Of a stretch of 64,000 nucleotides of DNA, positions 28,975 to 42,387 are shown piece after piece. The notes below the pieces were generated by a model. That model did not search any database and was not told where the DNA came from. It saw nothing but the letters and a program-made list of their open reading frames with translations. How positions within the stretch are numbered: position 1 is the stretch's first letter; every line of letters starts with the position of its first letter. This DNA is from Bigelowiella natans CCMP2755. Lineage: Eukaryota; Protista; Cercozoa. The DNA is taken from contig ADNK01001164.1 of assembly GCA_000320545.1 (NCBI GenBank), positions 32,279-96,278 on the forward strand, written 5' to 3'. Position numbers and translations under genes: made by a program.

Positions 28975-29947
28975 CAGTAGTAGTGGTAGTGATGAATAGC
29001 TTCTAGCGATGATAATGCTGATACTATACTAATACTTTAGGTATGTTCTGCGGACTTAACAGGGCAGCTGTACTTTTGGGATCCACAGGTAATATATTGT
29101 AGATCTGCTGTCTTCGAGGATGGATTGGTGATCATGAACAAAGAAGAAAGGCTGTTAGTTGTAGTAGTAGTCGTAGTAGTAGTCGTAGTAGTAGTAGTAG
29201 TAGGAGGAGGAGGAGGAGGAGGAGGAGGAGGATGGAGGACAAAAGGAAGAAGATGTGTCTATGGGAATGAGAATAATAACCCCAATAGTTGGGTAACAAC
29301 CTGTGAATAATACGAATAATGGTGATTATTGATGATCGCATACTTTTCTCTTTCAGGATGGCACGCTTTGAAGGCACAATTGAAAGGAAGAAAGGACATT
29401 ATGGGGGGAAGAAGAAGGGATGATGCAAGAGAGGTACTAATACTGCCTCAGTTACCACTCATCATAACTTCATTGATGACGACGGATGTGGGTCTATGAG
29501 TATGTGTGTGTGTGTGTGTGTGTGTGAAGTTGTCAGAGACACCAAATCTGTATTATTTGTTATTAATGTAACACGATGATGATGTTGTTTGATCTAGTTA
29601 AGTATACTCTATCTTGTTCTATATAATAATAGGCTAAAAATGCAACGCATTCTCTGGCATTTACGAGCTTATGCTACTCTGCAGATGGAAAATGCATATT
29701 AGCAGGGTAGTAGTAGTACTGTATTGTTAGTAATATTACCACCTTCTTGTGATATTAATAAAGTCATCAACAATGATTTCTACTATTGTTCTCAATGGAA
29801 TGACGATGAATCATCACCCCATCCTTCTTTTTGCCTCCTGTGTTTGCATATTTATTCAATGTGACATGATAAAAAGTACATGAAGATCTTTATTCAATGT
29901 GACATGAAAACAAGTACATGAAGAATACTTTCTCTACTTACGTATGT

Positions 29948-29979
<32 letters not shown>

Positions 29980-30644
29980 TGTACATGTATACAGCTATGT
30001 ATTAAATTATCGTTATTATTTATTATCTTATCAGAGGCAACTCCAAGTATGTGTGTATATATCATATTCAACAACGAGTTCTGCTGAAACGATTTGAGAT
30101 CACGAATAACTTGTAATAATACACAGAAGATGCCAATACAATACACACGACACGAACAAGACAACTTATCTGATATTATTGATTATTCATAATTATTATA
30201 AAAATGATGAAGACAAGGATGGTGATGATTATGATGATGATGATGATGATGATGATGATGGTGATAGGAGTGCAGACTAGAACGGTGGTGTTAGTGAAAC
30301 AATGAGGTCACAATTTATGGAAGATTCTGAGGCAACATAGAGGAGGAGGAGGAGGAGGAGGAAGAGGAGAGGAGAGTGAAACATCGAGTATATGAGTGTC
30401 ATTATCATCGTTGTCAGTCATCGTTATAATGGGTTTTCACCGAAAATAATAGCGCTACTACTACTACTACTACTGCTGCTGCTGCTGTTGTGATATGGCT
30501 ATCAGGTCTCTGGATGGGATTTTGACATATCTCAACTCTAAAAACATGACTGAAGTTAGTTTACGACTACTACTACCACGAAATCATTCATTACCCATTA
30601 ATAATCTACTAATCCGTATTTATCACAAAGTGCTCAATTATCCA

Positions 30645-30682
<38 letters not shown>

Positions 30683-31824
30683 GGAGCTACCATACGATGA
30701 GCATGTGTTTTCCTTCTTTTTCCTCTTTTTCTTCTTCTTTTCTAACTCCTTACATTGCAGGCAGGGCCGTTGGCTTTAATCGACGACGAAGATGGTAGTA
30801 GTATCGTAGCAGCAGCAGCTTACTATGTGTGGTGGGGGTGGTGCTGCTGGTGGCGAGAGTTGTATCACAATATGTATAGTAGTAGTAGTAGTAGTAGTAG
30901 TAGTGGGTATGGTCAGTTTTAATGTTGCATTTTGTTCGTTATATTCTCTTTTTCTTGTTGTTTTTCTTGTTGTCTCAGGTGGAAGTGGCAGTGATAAAGA
31001 AGACTTTAAGGACAATTCCTTGCCAGGTTGTTGTTGCGTAGTAATATGTTTGATGACTATCAGCATGACCAATAGCAATTAGTTCATATTTGTTGTTTGT
31101 GATTCTGCACCTTTTCACTTGAACGAATTCATCTTGTTATGTATCATTGTGTGTGTTTCAGTGATTGATGCATCACCATCATCGTAGGCATCACTATCAT
31201 CATCATCATCATCATCATCATCATTATATCATCAGTACATTTGTTATTCTATTTATAATTAATCAAAGGTGCAAAGAGGTCTGATTTCAGCAAGAGGTGA
31301 TGTGATATACTTGGATGCTACTGCCAATACTATATTTCTTTCTTTCTCTATCGTCGTTCTTATCGTTGTATGTGTACCGTATTCATATGATGGCATATTA
31401 TAAGAGTGTTTGTATTGTACTTGCTATTATTCAAATCCAACATTCGTGATGGTAAACTACGATGTTGCTTTTTTTCAAATGGGCCAACATCTGCTTGGAC
31501 TGCTGCTACTACTTGCTGCTAGTATGTGTGCTACTTGTAGAAGATAAGTGTAAACTTAACTACCAACAATATTGGAATAATCGTGATATTGTATGATCGT
31601 TTTGATGGGATGACGATGCAGCATCTCTACCCTCCACCACTTATTAGAAGACCTTTCTTTATATTGTGATCATTTAGGAAAACTCCATTAGTTGCCCGTA
31701 CAAAGTGCGTTAAGTTTTCGCCTGATGGAAGACAATGGTAATAATAATGAAAATGATGATCATGACCATGATGACGATGATGACGATGATGATACCGACG
31801 ATCACATATATGCTGCAACCCATG

Positions 31825-31865
<41 letters not shown>

Positions 31866-32114
31866 TATAACATGTATAAATGGCTTTTGTTATTGGAAAA
31901 CAGCAAATATGAGGCGGTTAGCTATCAAACTACGCACTGTGTTGTTGCGTGTGTTGTGCATGTGCATGTGCATGTGCATGTGCATGTCTATGTGGGCCCT
32001 AATGCAGCACACTTGTCGTCGTCGGCAAATTCTCGTAATATCTCACGAAAGCATTCATTAATTGATCCATCCATTCAGGGCTGCTGCGTCAACAGAAGGC
32101 CTGATGATATACAG

Positions 32115-32153
<39 letters not shown>

Positions 32154-33934
32154 GTTGGCTATAATCACATTAGTAGCAAGATAAAGGAGAAGAGACAGAG
32201 GAGAAGGGGAGGGTGATGATGATGTATGATGATTTATTAGAGAACCGTTGTTTTATGATGATGATGATGATGATGATGATGAAAAAGGGTGAGGAGACTC
32301 CTACTCATACTACTACTACTGCTACTACTACCACTACAACTACGATTAATATAACAAGCAACGACAAAATCTCAAGTAGAAATTTATTTTCATGAAAAAA
32401 CAGCATACATTCATCTTCTTTGTGTTAAAAAAAATACATTTATCATTTTCGTCATCATAGAAATCATACGAATGTTGGCATTTTGTTGCAGTTTGGACCA
32501 AAATTTGTACTTCGATCCCCAAGATCTGGTTGTATACTGCAATATATATATGCTGCTTCTGCTACTGCTGCTGCTACTACTACTACCACTACTATACCAA
32601 AGAGATTATTATTGGCAGTACGATTAGCATCATACATATGCATACCACACAGAAGATACCCGTAGCGAGCAGAAGGAAGAGGAAAGGATGATCGCTATTA
32701 TCGCCGTTATTATCATTGTCGCTTATCTTCTATTTATTTTGTTCTTGATGGAAATTTAGGATATGGAAGTGACTCCTGAAAATGCACAGATTTTACTTGA
32801 GGTAATTGTAGATCATATTGAGGATAATGATGATATCGGTTTAGTGATATTGTTTACTAGTCTATTTTTGGCTCTTTAAATGCCTTTATTCGTCTATGCA
32901 TAATTCATGCAATACTAAGTGTATCATTACTTATTGTTATAGGAAAAACAATATGCTAAAGCGCTTGTTATGGCTCTCCGTCTAAACGAACAGGTACTAG
33001 TTGTTATTGTTGTTGTTGTCGTTCAACACACCATATCAATCAAACGTCACCGCTATCATCATCATAATCATCAATGTATATTTTGATCATCATGCGGTAC
33101 ATAATGCACTTATTTGACATGATGTCGTCATTTTTATTAAAATATCAGAAATTGCTCAAGACGATGGCAGGTTGTTCTTCTTCTTCTACTACTACTACTA
33201 CTACTACTACCACTACTACCACTACTACCACTACCATCATGCTGATGGATAGTACACCACATCCTCTTTTCATTCTTCTAACGTACTACTATCTATCGAT
33301 ACACATTCTTTATTACTCTTTTATTTTTTGGCTGAGAAATAAATAATATAACCGATTTGAGATCCAATACTCCTACTTCATATTGATACCCATCCTCTCT
33401 TCTCATTGTCGTTCACGATGATCAGAAACTGTTCCTATGGATGAAATTCTGTCTGTAGTCTCATCAATCCCAGTGCATTACATAGAAAGGTGTGGCGATG
33501 TGGCGTGTTTGTGGTGTGTTTTTGTGTGATCATGGTGCTATTTCTGCTTGTGTTACTGCTGTACATTTGGGGGATAGATATCAGTCATTTTTGCGGCAGC
33601 AGCAGCAGCAGTAGTAGTAATAGTAGTATTAGCTGTATGTAAGCAATAATATGTTGCTTCTTTCTTCTTCAATCCTCTCCCAGGATAACAGAAAAGTAGA
33701 AGTTAGTTAAAGAAAAATCAGAAGACTAATCCGCTCTTTCATTCATAAAATATGTAGTAGTAGTAGTAATAGCAGCAGTATAAATGCAGTACATGCTACT
33801 GCTTTTCTATTCATTGTTGATGTTTCTTCATTATTTCTCCTCGTATTGTGTTTGTTGACGTCATAGGATTCTCGTCCTTATTGGGGAGGGAATAAATTCA
33901 TCTCCCCATCTACAGTTCTATCTTACTTGGTACA

Positions 33935-33972
<38 letters not shown>

Positions 33973-34310
33973 TTCCGTAGTTTTTCCTCCTTTGAAATAG
34001 TTGTCATTCATGTCAATCAACATAATCAGCCCAAAGCAAGATCATTTATTGCACCATCATCTTTGACGACACCTTTACGTGTGTTTATGACTTGATTAAT
34101 GCTTTTTGAGTACAGTCAGCAAAATAGTTAGATTCTTTCGATATGTAACTTTTCCACCTACAACTAATACTGTAAATACTGAAAGCAATACCGCTGCTGC
34201 TGCTTTGATCATCGTCAACATAGGGTGCAAACTATTCTCACTATTCATGGAAAGTCCTTAGAAAAAAATTCCATGAAAATGTTAAGGTATGTTGCCTGAT
34301 ATGCAGTGTG

Positions 34311-34347
<37 letters not shown>

Positions 34348-35039
34348 TCTCTCTCTCTCCCCCCCCCCCCCCCCCACCCCCACCACACACACGCATACAC
34401 ATACATCTTTTAGCACTCTTCGATCGGTACATAAGGCACTGTCCGCAAATATTCCTCAATATCGAGTATCTGTCAAGATAATAGCTATACGTTAAGGTGA
34501 TTCGGCAAAGCATGCTTACTCGTAGTGGTGCATTTGGTGTGCGTGTGTGCATGTAAAAGAGCGGCTAGGTAAAGCTGAAAAGAAGGCATCAATTTTCAGC
34601 ATGCATGGCCGACGAAAAATCAATTTGTGAATCATGTTTTGGAATTTGACCGTTCACTTGCAAACTGTGCATGAAATTCAATCATCATCAGGTATTTGAC
34701 CAAGCAAAAAGTCAAAAATGTTGGTAGTTCTGCTTCGAGGCTGTCATCCACAAAGGATGTAGACGACAAAGGTAGCCATCATGCCATCAGATCCCGCTGC
34801 ATGCACCACCATTTCGTGCCATTTCTCTTGGACCATTTCAAAACAGTTGGTGGATTGCCCCGTTTTGCTCCAATGTTGTGTCATTACGTTTTGAATTTGT
34901 GATTGACAAGTTACATGCATTGACATTCTTTTTTGTTTCAGAGCCAAAAAGCTCGAAGGGCGGTCCAGTTGATGGGAAACGCTCGAAACAGTCCAGCACC
35001 AGCGTGGAGAACATCAAAAATCGGAAAAGAAAGTCATAG
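20191..35039 (+). CDS. PWP2: Periodic tryptophan protein 2 (WD40, SSU processome UTP1)
   Basis: MKFNFQFSNLCGTVYRQGNILFTPDGNSVLSPVGNRVSVLDL, LLVWEWQSETYILKQQGH, YSPDGQLIATGGDDGKVKLW, TVRAFDLVRYRNFRTFTSP, LSGHTGP, SSSWDKTVRIWD, and a UTP12-like C-terminus (HLQFYLTWVQTIL...CQDNSYTLRYL). About 40 or more short exons; the last exon, 34940-35039, ends RKRKS*. Homopolymer indels at ~29368-29385 and ~34447. Confidence 0.96.
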
Positions 35040-37590
35040 CAATGAATGACGCGTGTGTTCAAACCTGTTTGGAACGATATTGTGTCAATGATGACAGTGG
35101 CCCAATCAGCACTTGGAGCCCTGTGGGCTGCAATCGTGTGCACGTGTGAATCCATGTTGTTCGTGTACATCAAACAGGCACACCTGGACACTTGCACTTT
35201 TCGTGTAATTGTCCGCACGTGCACCAAGATAAGCAAGTTCACAAATGTGTGTTTTAGCAAACGTCACGGGTTGCAACACATTTTTGCAGTGTGCACGCAA
35301 TGGCACGCTAGCACGTGCTGCTAGCTATTCTAGTGCAGCACACATCACAGCAATGCACCAATGCCTTGAGGTCGTCACCTGCGCTATGGCCTGCAAATGA
35401 ACAAACTTCCACCTGAACAATGTCGCATCAACCCCAAAAACCTGCCCACGCAACAACGTTGTTTTCAGTTGACGTTGCAGTTGACATGCAAACATACCTT
35501 TCTTTTTAGCTTTGTGGAAAGCCACCGTGCAGTACCTTCGATTTTGCACTCGATTTTTGAACTCAATTGGACCTCACTAGCTCAGGGCAGGGGGGATGAT
35601 ATCGCTAGATCGTTTTTCGATGTGCAGAGGTCACCTCAGCGGGATGGAGATGAGGACTCACGTGATTCAATGAACACGTGAGCGCAAACCATGATTGGTG
35701 CTTGCTGCAACGTTCTAGCGTTGCGTCGTGTGCACCTTCGCACATCACATCAAGAGAGAGAGCACCACGTGCAGTGCGTGCATAAAAGGCTGTTTCTCGT
35801 TGTGGCGCAAGGTCGCGCACTGGCGCAGAGCAAAGGTGCAAGGCTAAAGGAACGCACGATGAGCTAGCAAGCACGAGACCCTTCTAGCCTTGTTTGAAAA
35901 GCGTTGCTGCATCACGCACGACATCGACGTTCGCGTGTGGCAAGACGCTTGAGGAGCTTGGAACATCACAAGCACTTGCAATGTCCACATGCACGAATGT
36001 GCACGTTTGCACTGTGACAGCTAGACCGCTAGACAGCACGTGTGCTGTTCTGTACCACACTTGATCCTCAGTGCAGTGAAATGGTCATGAGTGCTCGCAC
36101 ACACTTGTTGCAAGCAATGACACGCTAGCACGCGCTGCTCAGAGCTAGAGAGCCCTGCACGTGGGCTGTGAGAGCAACACTCCACTGGACTAGAGTGCGC
36201 CCAAAAAGCCCAGAGCTAGCTAGCTAGAAGACGTGTGTGCGTCAACCCGACACGTTCATGCGGTTCACGACTAGACGAGTGCTGAGCGTGCAGCAAGCAC
36301 ATCGAGCATCGATTGGCACGCTGTGCCGTGTCTGGAACGATGCCCAAGACTAGAAGACCGTGACCATCGTTGTCATTGCAACACGCGAAGACTTGTGCTT
36401 GCTGTGACTTGCTTTTCCCAGTTGCACGTGCACGTGCAGCGTGCGCATCACTTGCTTCCAACGCCAATGTAGCGCGTGTGCGTCGCTGCGTGAGCGCCAT
36501 TGGCCTGTCCTGCCATTGCGAACAAGAGCACTCTGCTGGCTCACCTCCAGCCTCGTCATTGCATCATCAGCAACCACTAGACCAAGCAAGAACTTTTGCA
36601 AAAGTCTGGAGACTCCATGGTGGACTGCACCGCCTGGACACGTGCTAGCATGGGTGAGGATTGCAGCTAGCTCCAGAGCTGGCCAAACGGGAACAGAGCA
36701 AGCGCGATGAAGTGACTGCGCAACACAACTTGCTGAAGAGCATGTTCACAGCGACTCCACGTTTGTGCAAACTGGTGTTGAGCGCTTTTTTCCGCAGGCT
36801 GTTGCAACGCCGAAAAAATTTGCTTTGTGGAACCATTGCATTGGGCTTTGTCAAGTCCCGCGTGATGAGCAAAGAAAAGGTGTCATTGATGACCTTCATC
36901 AGCAGCTGGCTAGCTGGAACGGTCAAGACTTTCACTAGTTCACTGCCCCACTGCGCTAGTGCGGCGCACGTCGCACTTTCTTTTCTAGTTTCATTGGCAA
37001 GCGATCCTGTTTCGTTCGCTCCCAGTCTGTTTTCTTTTTCTGATCGACATCTGGCAAATTTGCGTGAGCTTTGTCCGCAAACGAGCGCTCAGCGCGTTGT
37101 GTGCGTTGGCTAGTCATGGAATGCGCAGTCTAGCAGTGCTAGAGTGCGCTAGTGCGGTTCATGTCGCACAGCGTGCTAGTGTGGCTAATGACGTGCGAGT
37201 GCACGTCTCTTGCAAGTGTCTGGCTTTTTGGTTGGCCAAGCTAGCGAATCTAGCAATGATGATGATTGTGTTCGGGATCAACGCTGTGTGACGCGAGTGA
37301 TCGAAGGTGCATTTGACTTGGTGAGCAATTCAAACATAAGCCACAACGCGCCTGTCAGAGTGGTGACGGGAGTGCGAGATTGAGCACTTGTTTGGAACAA
37401 ACAGAGCAATGTTTTCGCTTGTCATTTGTGCACAGTGTGCCAAATGTCTGTCCACATCTAGACTTGCATCAACACAGCTACACGCAGACGCGGTCACAGC
37501 GATGTTCTCGCAAAGCACGGCAACAAGCGGGCGGGTCAAAGCAAGATTAGAAGACGTTGCATTTGGCATGCAGATTTTGCATGAAGCAAT
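35040..37590. other. TpA-depleted, CTAG/TGCA/CACG-rich intergenic zone between convergent PWP2 and NudC-like 3' ends
   Basis: Hand count for 35941-37141 gives 22 TA dinucleotides, 20 of them inside CTAG. The many overlapping Cys/His-rich, Tyr-poor ORFs here result from loss of TAA/TAY. Confidence 0.85.
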
Positions 37591-37591
37591 G

Positions 37592-38225
37592 CTAGTCCTC
37601 AGGAAGGGGACCGTTTTCAAGTGAGTGTTGGAAAGCAGCTGCTTGTTGCGGCGACGACAAATTGTACCTAAACAATGGGTGTGGGCAAATAACTCAATCT
37701 CCAAAAAGTGCTATTCATCCACAAATGATCATGAAATTCTTTCTCTAAGTGAGACATTTGTAGGAACCAGAATGAAAATGATGATTGCCATTTTTAGAAG
37801 CATCAAACTACATTTATGAGATAAGTTCATTTGCTATTTCTTCACCAATTACACATAACAAATCTACTATGCTGCTGAATTGATTGTATGAAAGGACATA
37901 GAGGACTGTTCTGACTTTGAGTGTATTTCACGCTGCAATTCCATTGCATCTGAAGCACCGTGTATCTTGCTGATGTCTATACCTGCGTGGCCTTTAAGGA
38001 ACTTTAACCATAGCAAAGCAATCAAACTATAATCATTCATCTCAAACTTGCAGCAAACATATTTAACACTCAAAAAGACTCATATGTATGCGTTTTCTAA
38101 ACCTGCGGCCATAATCCATCTTGAAGTTTTTTAATGTACAAATTGAGGGTACATTCAGGGGCAGTCTCCAAGGTCCAATGGGAATCCTCGCAAACTATAT
38201 CTTGGGGAAATCTTCCACTTTGCAC

Positions 38226-38270
<45 letters not shown>

Positions 38271-40822
38271 TTGTTAATTTTGTTATAACCGATATAGGAA
38301 ATTGAAAATGAAGAAATTCTCATCATTTTTGCACGCTTCAAGATACCAGGTACAAGTATCTTATTCCCTTAGACAAAACCGTTTCAATACTACCACTTTT
38401 CCCAAAAATGATGATATATTACTACTCAGATGTTTCATAGCAGCAAGTACACTTGGCTGCACCATTATCAGACACTTCTTAGCACTTAATACATCGCTAT
38501 TTTTTGACAACCTGATGACGTTGTACGTTGACCTCATTCCATCAGGCTGGTAAGATATATCAATTCCGTTTGGGCGCCATTTCACATCAAACTGAGCCAC
38601 CGATCGAACGGGTGTATCAATGTTAAATGATGGTAATAAGAGGAATAACAAAATTCAAAATAAAACTACAGTTTTACGAATGACTGAAGAATTTAAATAA
38701 AATTAAATGAGTACGATGAAACTATTAATTACTTATTCTGTCATCACGTCTATAGAATCATATTATAAACTTGCTGCTGCATTATTATTAGCCTCACGTT
38801 CTTTCCCCTGTAAGGACCGGGAATTGCTGTGGCAGACATGTTGATGTACACCTAATGATAATGATAATAATGATGATGATGATGGTGATGACTTATTGGT
38901 ACCTGTGCCATCCATCATGATGCACAAAATAATGATGCCACTTGCCTTCTCTTCTAATCAGGATCACGGATTGTCATCTACAACTACTACTACCTCAATA
39001 TTTTTAATGTGCTGCCGGAAGGAGTAGAGGTTCGTTTTGCCACCATTCCATTTATTCGGAGTCTGCAACCAGTAAAATAACAAAATTTCACAGTTGTGGT
39101 ATCATATATGTTGTGTGTGTGTGTGTGTGTGTATTTCCGTGTCTCAGAGAGAGTTCAAGCGCAAATTTGTTTTCCTTAACTTGAACACATAGACGTTTGT
39201 TCTCTTCTTCCTCCAACCGTGCTACTTTTCGCTCTTTCTCTCTACAGGTATGTATGTAGATCATCACCATCATCATCTTCATTATCTTCATCGTCACCAT
39301 GTTTCCGGTGATGATATTGAGGATGATGTTTAGAGGGAAATAGTAAAGACGATTGTATTACAACATGTGTTGTCCAGGTGTCATGAACACGAGTATTTGT
39401 GTTTGGAAGATGATAATGCAGGAAGGGGAAGAGAGGATGGTGGAACATTCTGTTGAAATAAGAGGTGATGGAATGACTATATCGTTCTCATTATCACATA
39501 TCGTTGTTGTCATCATCATGATCATCATCATCGTCATCAATCTGATCAGCCCAAGATCATGGTCACGATCGTATTCGTCGTCATTGTTATCGTTACTCTT
39601 ATTTTGTTTATTGTGCAACGAATGTTGATGCTGCCAAGCACCTTTTGAGTCGTAACATGTTCATCATGTAAGTCTCGGTGTCGTTGCCCCCATTAGCAGC
39701 AGCGTCCTTTTCGACCTCTTCTAACTCTTTCTTTGCAGCTTGAATTCTCTCCTCGGATATGTCATCCATAGCTTCATCATCGCTGCTGTCTATAATTTTC
39801 TATGAGATGGGAACAACGAGAAGGAGGGGTCCCCAAAAAGGTTGAAGAACGTCAAAATAGAATGATGCTTATGATTCATAAAATTAATTTGAACTGAAAG
39901 TTACGATAAGAAGAGCTGCTCAATAGATACAAACAACAGAGAAGGAAGCAAAAAACTAGCACAATCAAACGCACGTGTGCCGTATTGAAATACTACATTT
40001 GTTATAACACACACATTTACTAATGTATAATCTACATCGAATTTTGAGTAATCCAAAGTGCCCTCCTTTGAGTAGTCAACCAGATCGGGTAGTAGTAGTG
40101 GTGCTGTGGCTTTATTATCCTCACCACCAGCCTTTTCCTTATAGTCTTTCTCTTCATCATCCTCTTCCTTTTCTTTATCGTTTTGTTTTTCGCTTTCCTC
40201 CCCTCCATTGCCGCTGCCGTTTTCTCGCCCCCCTGCCCTTAGCCTTCTAACGTAACTAGATAGTAGCTTCCTTCTTATCGTTTCTATGAAATGATCATAT
40301 GCATTCAGAAAGAGAAGGTGGGAGAGGAGAAGGAAGAGGAAGAGTAGTTTCTTCATGAGCACAGGTAGAGAGAGGTTGAGCTAGTAGTAGCACTCAATAT
40401 TTTCATAGGATAGTAATACCTGCTTCTGATTCTGTTGCTTTAGACGGCATCACACCTGCGCAATTACCACTACCACCACCACCACTACTACTACTACTAC
40501 TGCTGCTGCTGCGACTGCTACTACTAGTAATATTCCATTGTCGTTCTAGTTGTCCCTTTTCTAAAGATATCATTCGACTGCAGCCTCTTTGTTCTCTGTC
40601 TAGGGCGCAACAGCTGCTACCACAACTACTTCCTAAGACTGCAAGGATTTGGGGGGGGGGGGGGGAGGAGCAGAGGGGAGAGAGAGACCGGGAAAAGAAT
40701 AGCAACATACTAAGAATATCATTGTTTTCTGTAAGGTTCTTGAATTTCCGGTTATTTGCCTATTATTCGCTTACATACTCACTCACTCACTCACCACTTT
40801 TTATTGTGCTCAAAGAAGCCAT
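37592..40822 (-). CDS. NudC-family (CS/p23-domain) co-chaperone-like protein
   Basis: Spliced exons give a charged coiled region, then TPNKWNGGKTNLYSFRQHIKNIEVYINM...GKNFDVKWRPNGIDISY...GRFPQDIVCEDSHWTLE...LWLKFLKGHAGIDISKI. This matches the NudC CS-domain pattern (NGxxxxxYxWxQT...GEL...V..EES.W..E...WW..L......ID..KI). Start MASLSTIK at 40822. The terminal exon (~37592-37667) is tentative. Confidence 0.75.
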
Positions 40823-41057
40823 ACGTCCATCCCGTCCCTCAGCAATTATCACAGTAGTTGCACAGGCAACACAAATAACAATGGTGATAATAACACTATA
40901 AAACACCTCGAGGGGTCCAAAACCTGTCGTAGCAGCATTAGTGAGCAGATACAGCAACACCACCATTCAATATGATGAAACCCTTAAAAGGGAGTAGTGC
41001 GCCCATAATCGAGGAGAACAGCAATTCTTATCAAGTAAACTTCGCAATGTGCCCACA

Positions 41058-41101
41058 GCACACACACACACACACACACAAACATGTATATATGTATTTA
41101 T

Positions 41102-41181
<80 letters not shown>

Positions 41182-41483
41182 AATGTTACGATTTCCATTG
41201 CCAAAGTGAAATGTCGCCGGATATCGGTGCATTTGAGAAACTCAAGGTTTTCCCTCAGTTATACACGTAATATGAGCAGTCTGATGTTGATGCGAAGTGC
41301 TTTAATAGTTGAAAAAGTAAAACATATAATCCTCGACAATGATTCAGGTAAATACATGATGACAGGAGTTAACATATCCTCGACAATGATTCAGGTAAAT
41401 ACATGATGACAGGAGGAGGTTTCAATTGCACCAAGACACATACACATGCACACATGTGATACTTCATGAGTATTTCTATGTAT

Positions 41484-41522
<39 letters not shown>

Positions 41523-41531
41523 GATGCATGC

Positions 41532-41567
<36 letters not shown>

Positions 41568-41610
41568 ATATATGTATATGTATAAATGCACATATGTAAA
41601 AATGCATGTG

Positions 41611-41672
<62 letters not shown>

Positions 41673-41700
41673 CACATATGTGTGCACATTTGTAAATGAG
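41058..41700. repeat. Compound (CA)n/(TA)n/(TG)n microsatellite palindromes plus a 47-bp tandem duplication (41329-41415)
   Basis: (CA)n-(TA)n-(TG)n at 41058-41180, (CA)n...(TG)n at 41487-41565, and a long (TA)n at ~41614-41665. Confidence 0.85.
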
Positions 41701-41793
41701 TATGTGTGTCACACCTGGTTATTTCCTCCATGCAACACCATTTGTCAACGTCAATTTAACTTTAATAGTGAGATCTGCCATTCTGGTGTTGCC

Positions 41794-41794
41794 G

Positions 41795-41888
<94 letters not shown>

Positions 41889-41922
41889 CGTTGTTGTTGT
41901 CGTTGTTGTTGTCGTCGTCGTC
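41794..41922. repeat. Long (GTT)n microsatellite grading into GTC
   Basis: Direct reading of the sequence. Confidence 0.95.
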
Positions 41923-42191
41923 ATGAAAATCAACAAAGGGGGATTCCATCTTCGGCTGACTAAATAGAAGAAGTTTTTCCAAAAACGCAAGCAATTTAAT
42001 TGATGATAAATTGGCAAATTGAATGATAGTGACACGAAGCGAGAGTACTTCGTCGTAATCCTACATCTAAGTGCCAGAAATGTAGTGCTTTTATTACGTC
42101 TCTTTTTGACATAAAAATGATTTAGAATATAGGAAGTTTTTCGCACATAATATTGACTGAATAGCAGAATACATCCAACAATAAAAGAATC

Positions 42192-42271
42192 TGCGACTTA
42201 CAAGGTCGAACCTACTCGAAGATGCAGAACGTTTGGGCCCACCCCCTTACGTGATCATTCGATCAGTTCGC
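42192..42271 (-). pseudogene. Degenerate tRNA-like element (tRNA-Leu/Ser-type pseudogene or SINE head)
   Basis: The minus strand reads GCGAAC-TGATCGAATG(A-box-like)...TAAG...GTAGGTTCGAC(B-box)...AGTCGCA. The ends are complementary and TTTT follows just downstream. The anticodon and T stems are imperfect. Confidence 0.35.
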
Positions 42272-42326
42272 GAATAAAAGCTAGCTCACTGACGAGTATA
42301 CAGGAGAGAAGCGAGGGCGCGCACAC

Positions 42327-42338
42327 ATGAAGGGGACC

Positions 42339-42387
<49 letters not shown>

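Noticed and set aside
29358-29400. Stop codons and frameshifts suggesting PWP2 is a pseudogene (also ~34447)
   Set aside because: Single-base homopolymer indels in an otherwise conserved, essential gene. Sequencing error is more likely.
35040-37590. Classical 5mC deamination or RIP as the cause of TG/CA richness
   Set aside because: CpG remains common and TpA is lost, the opposite of both expectations.
35046-37624. Dense overlapping Cys/His-rich ORFs on both strands
   Set aside because: A by-product of TA loss (fewer stops, Tyr to Cys/His). No recognisable domain.
41369-42146. Poly-V/L/N/T and YIYI/THTH ORFs here and throughout the track
   Set aside because: These are translations of microsatellites.
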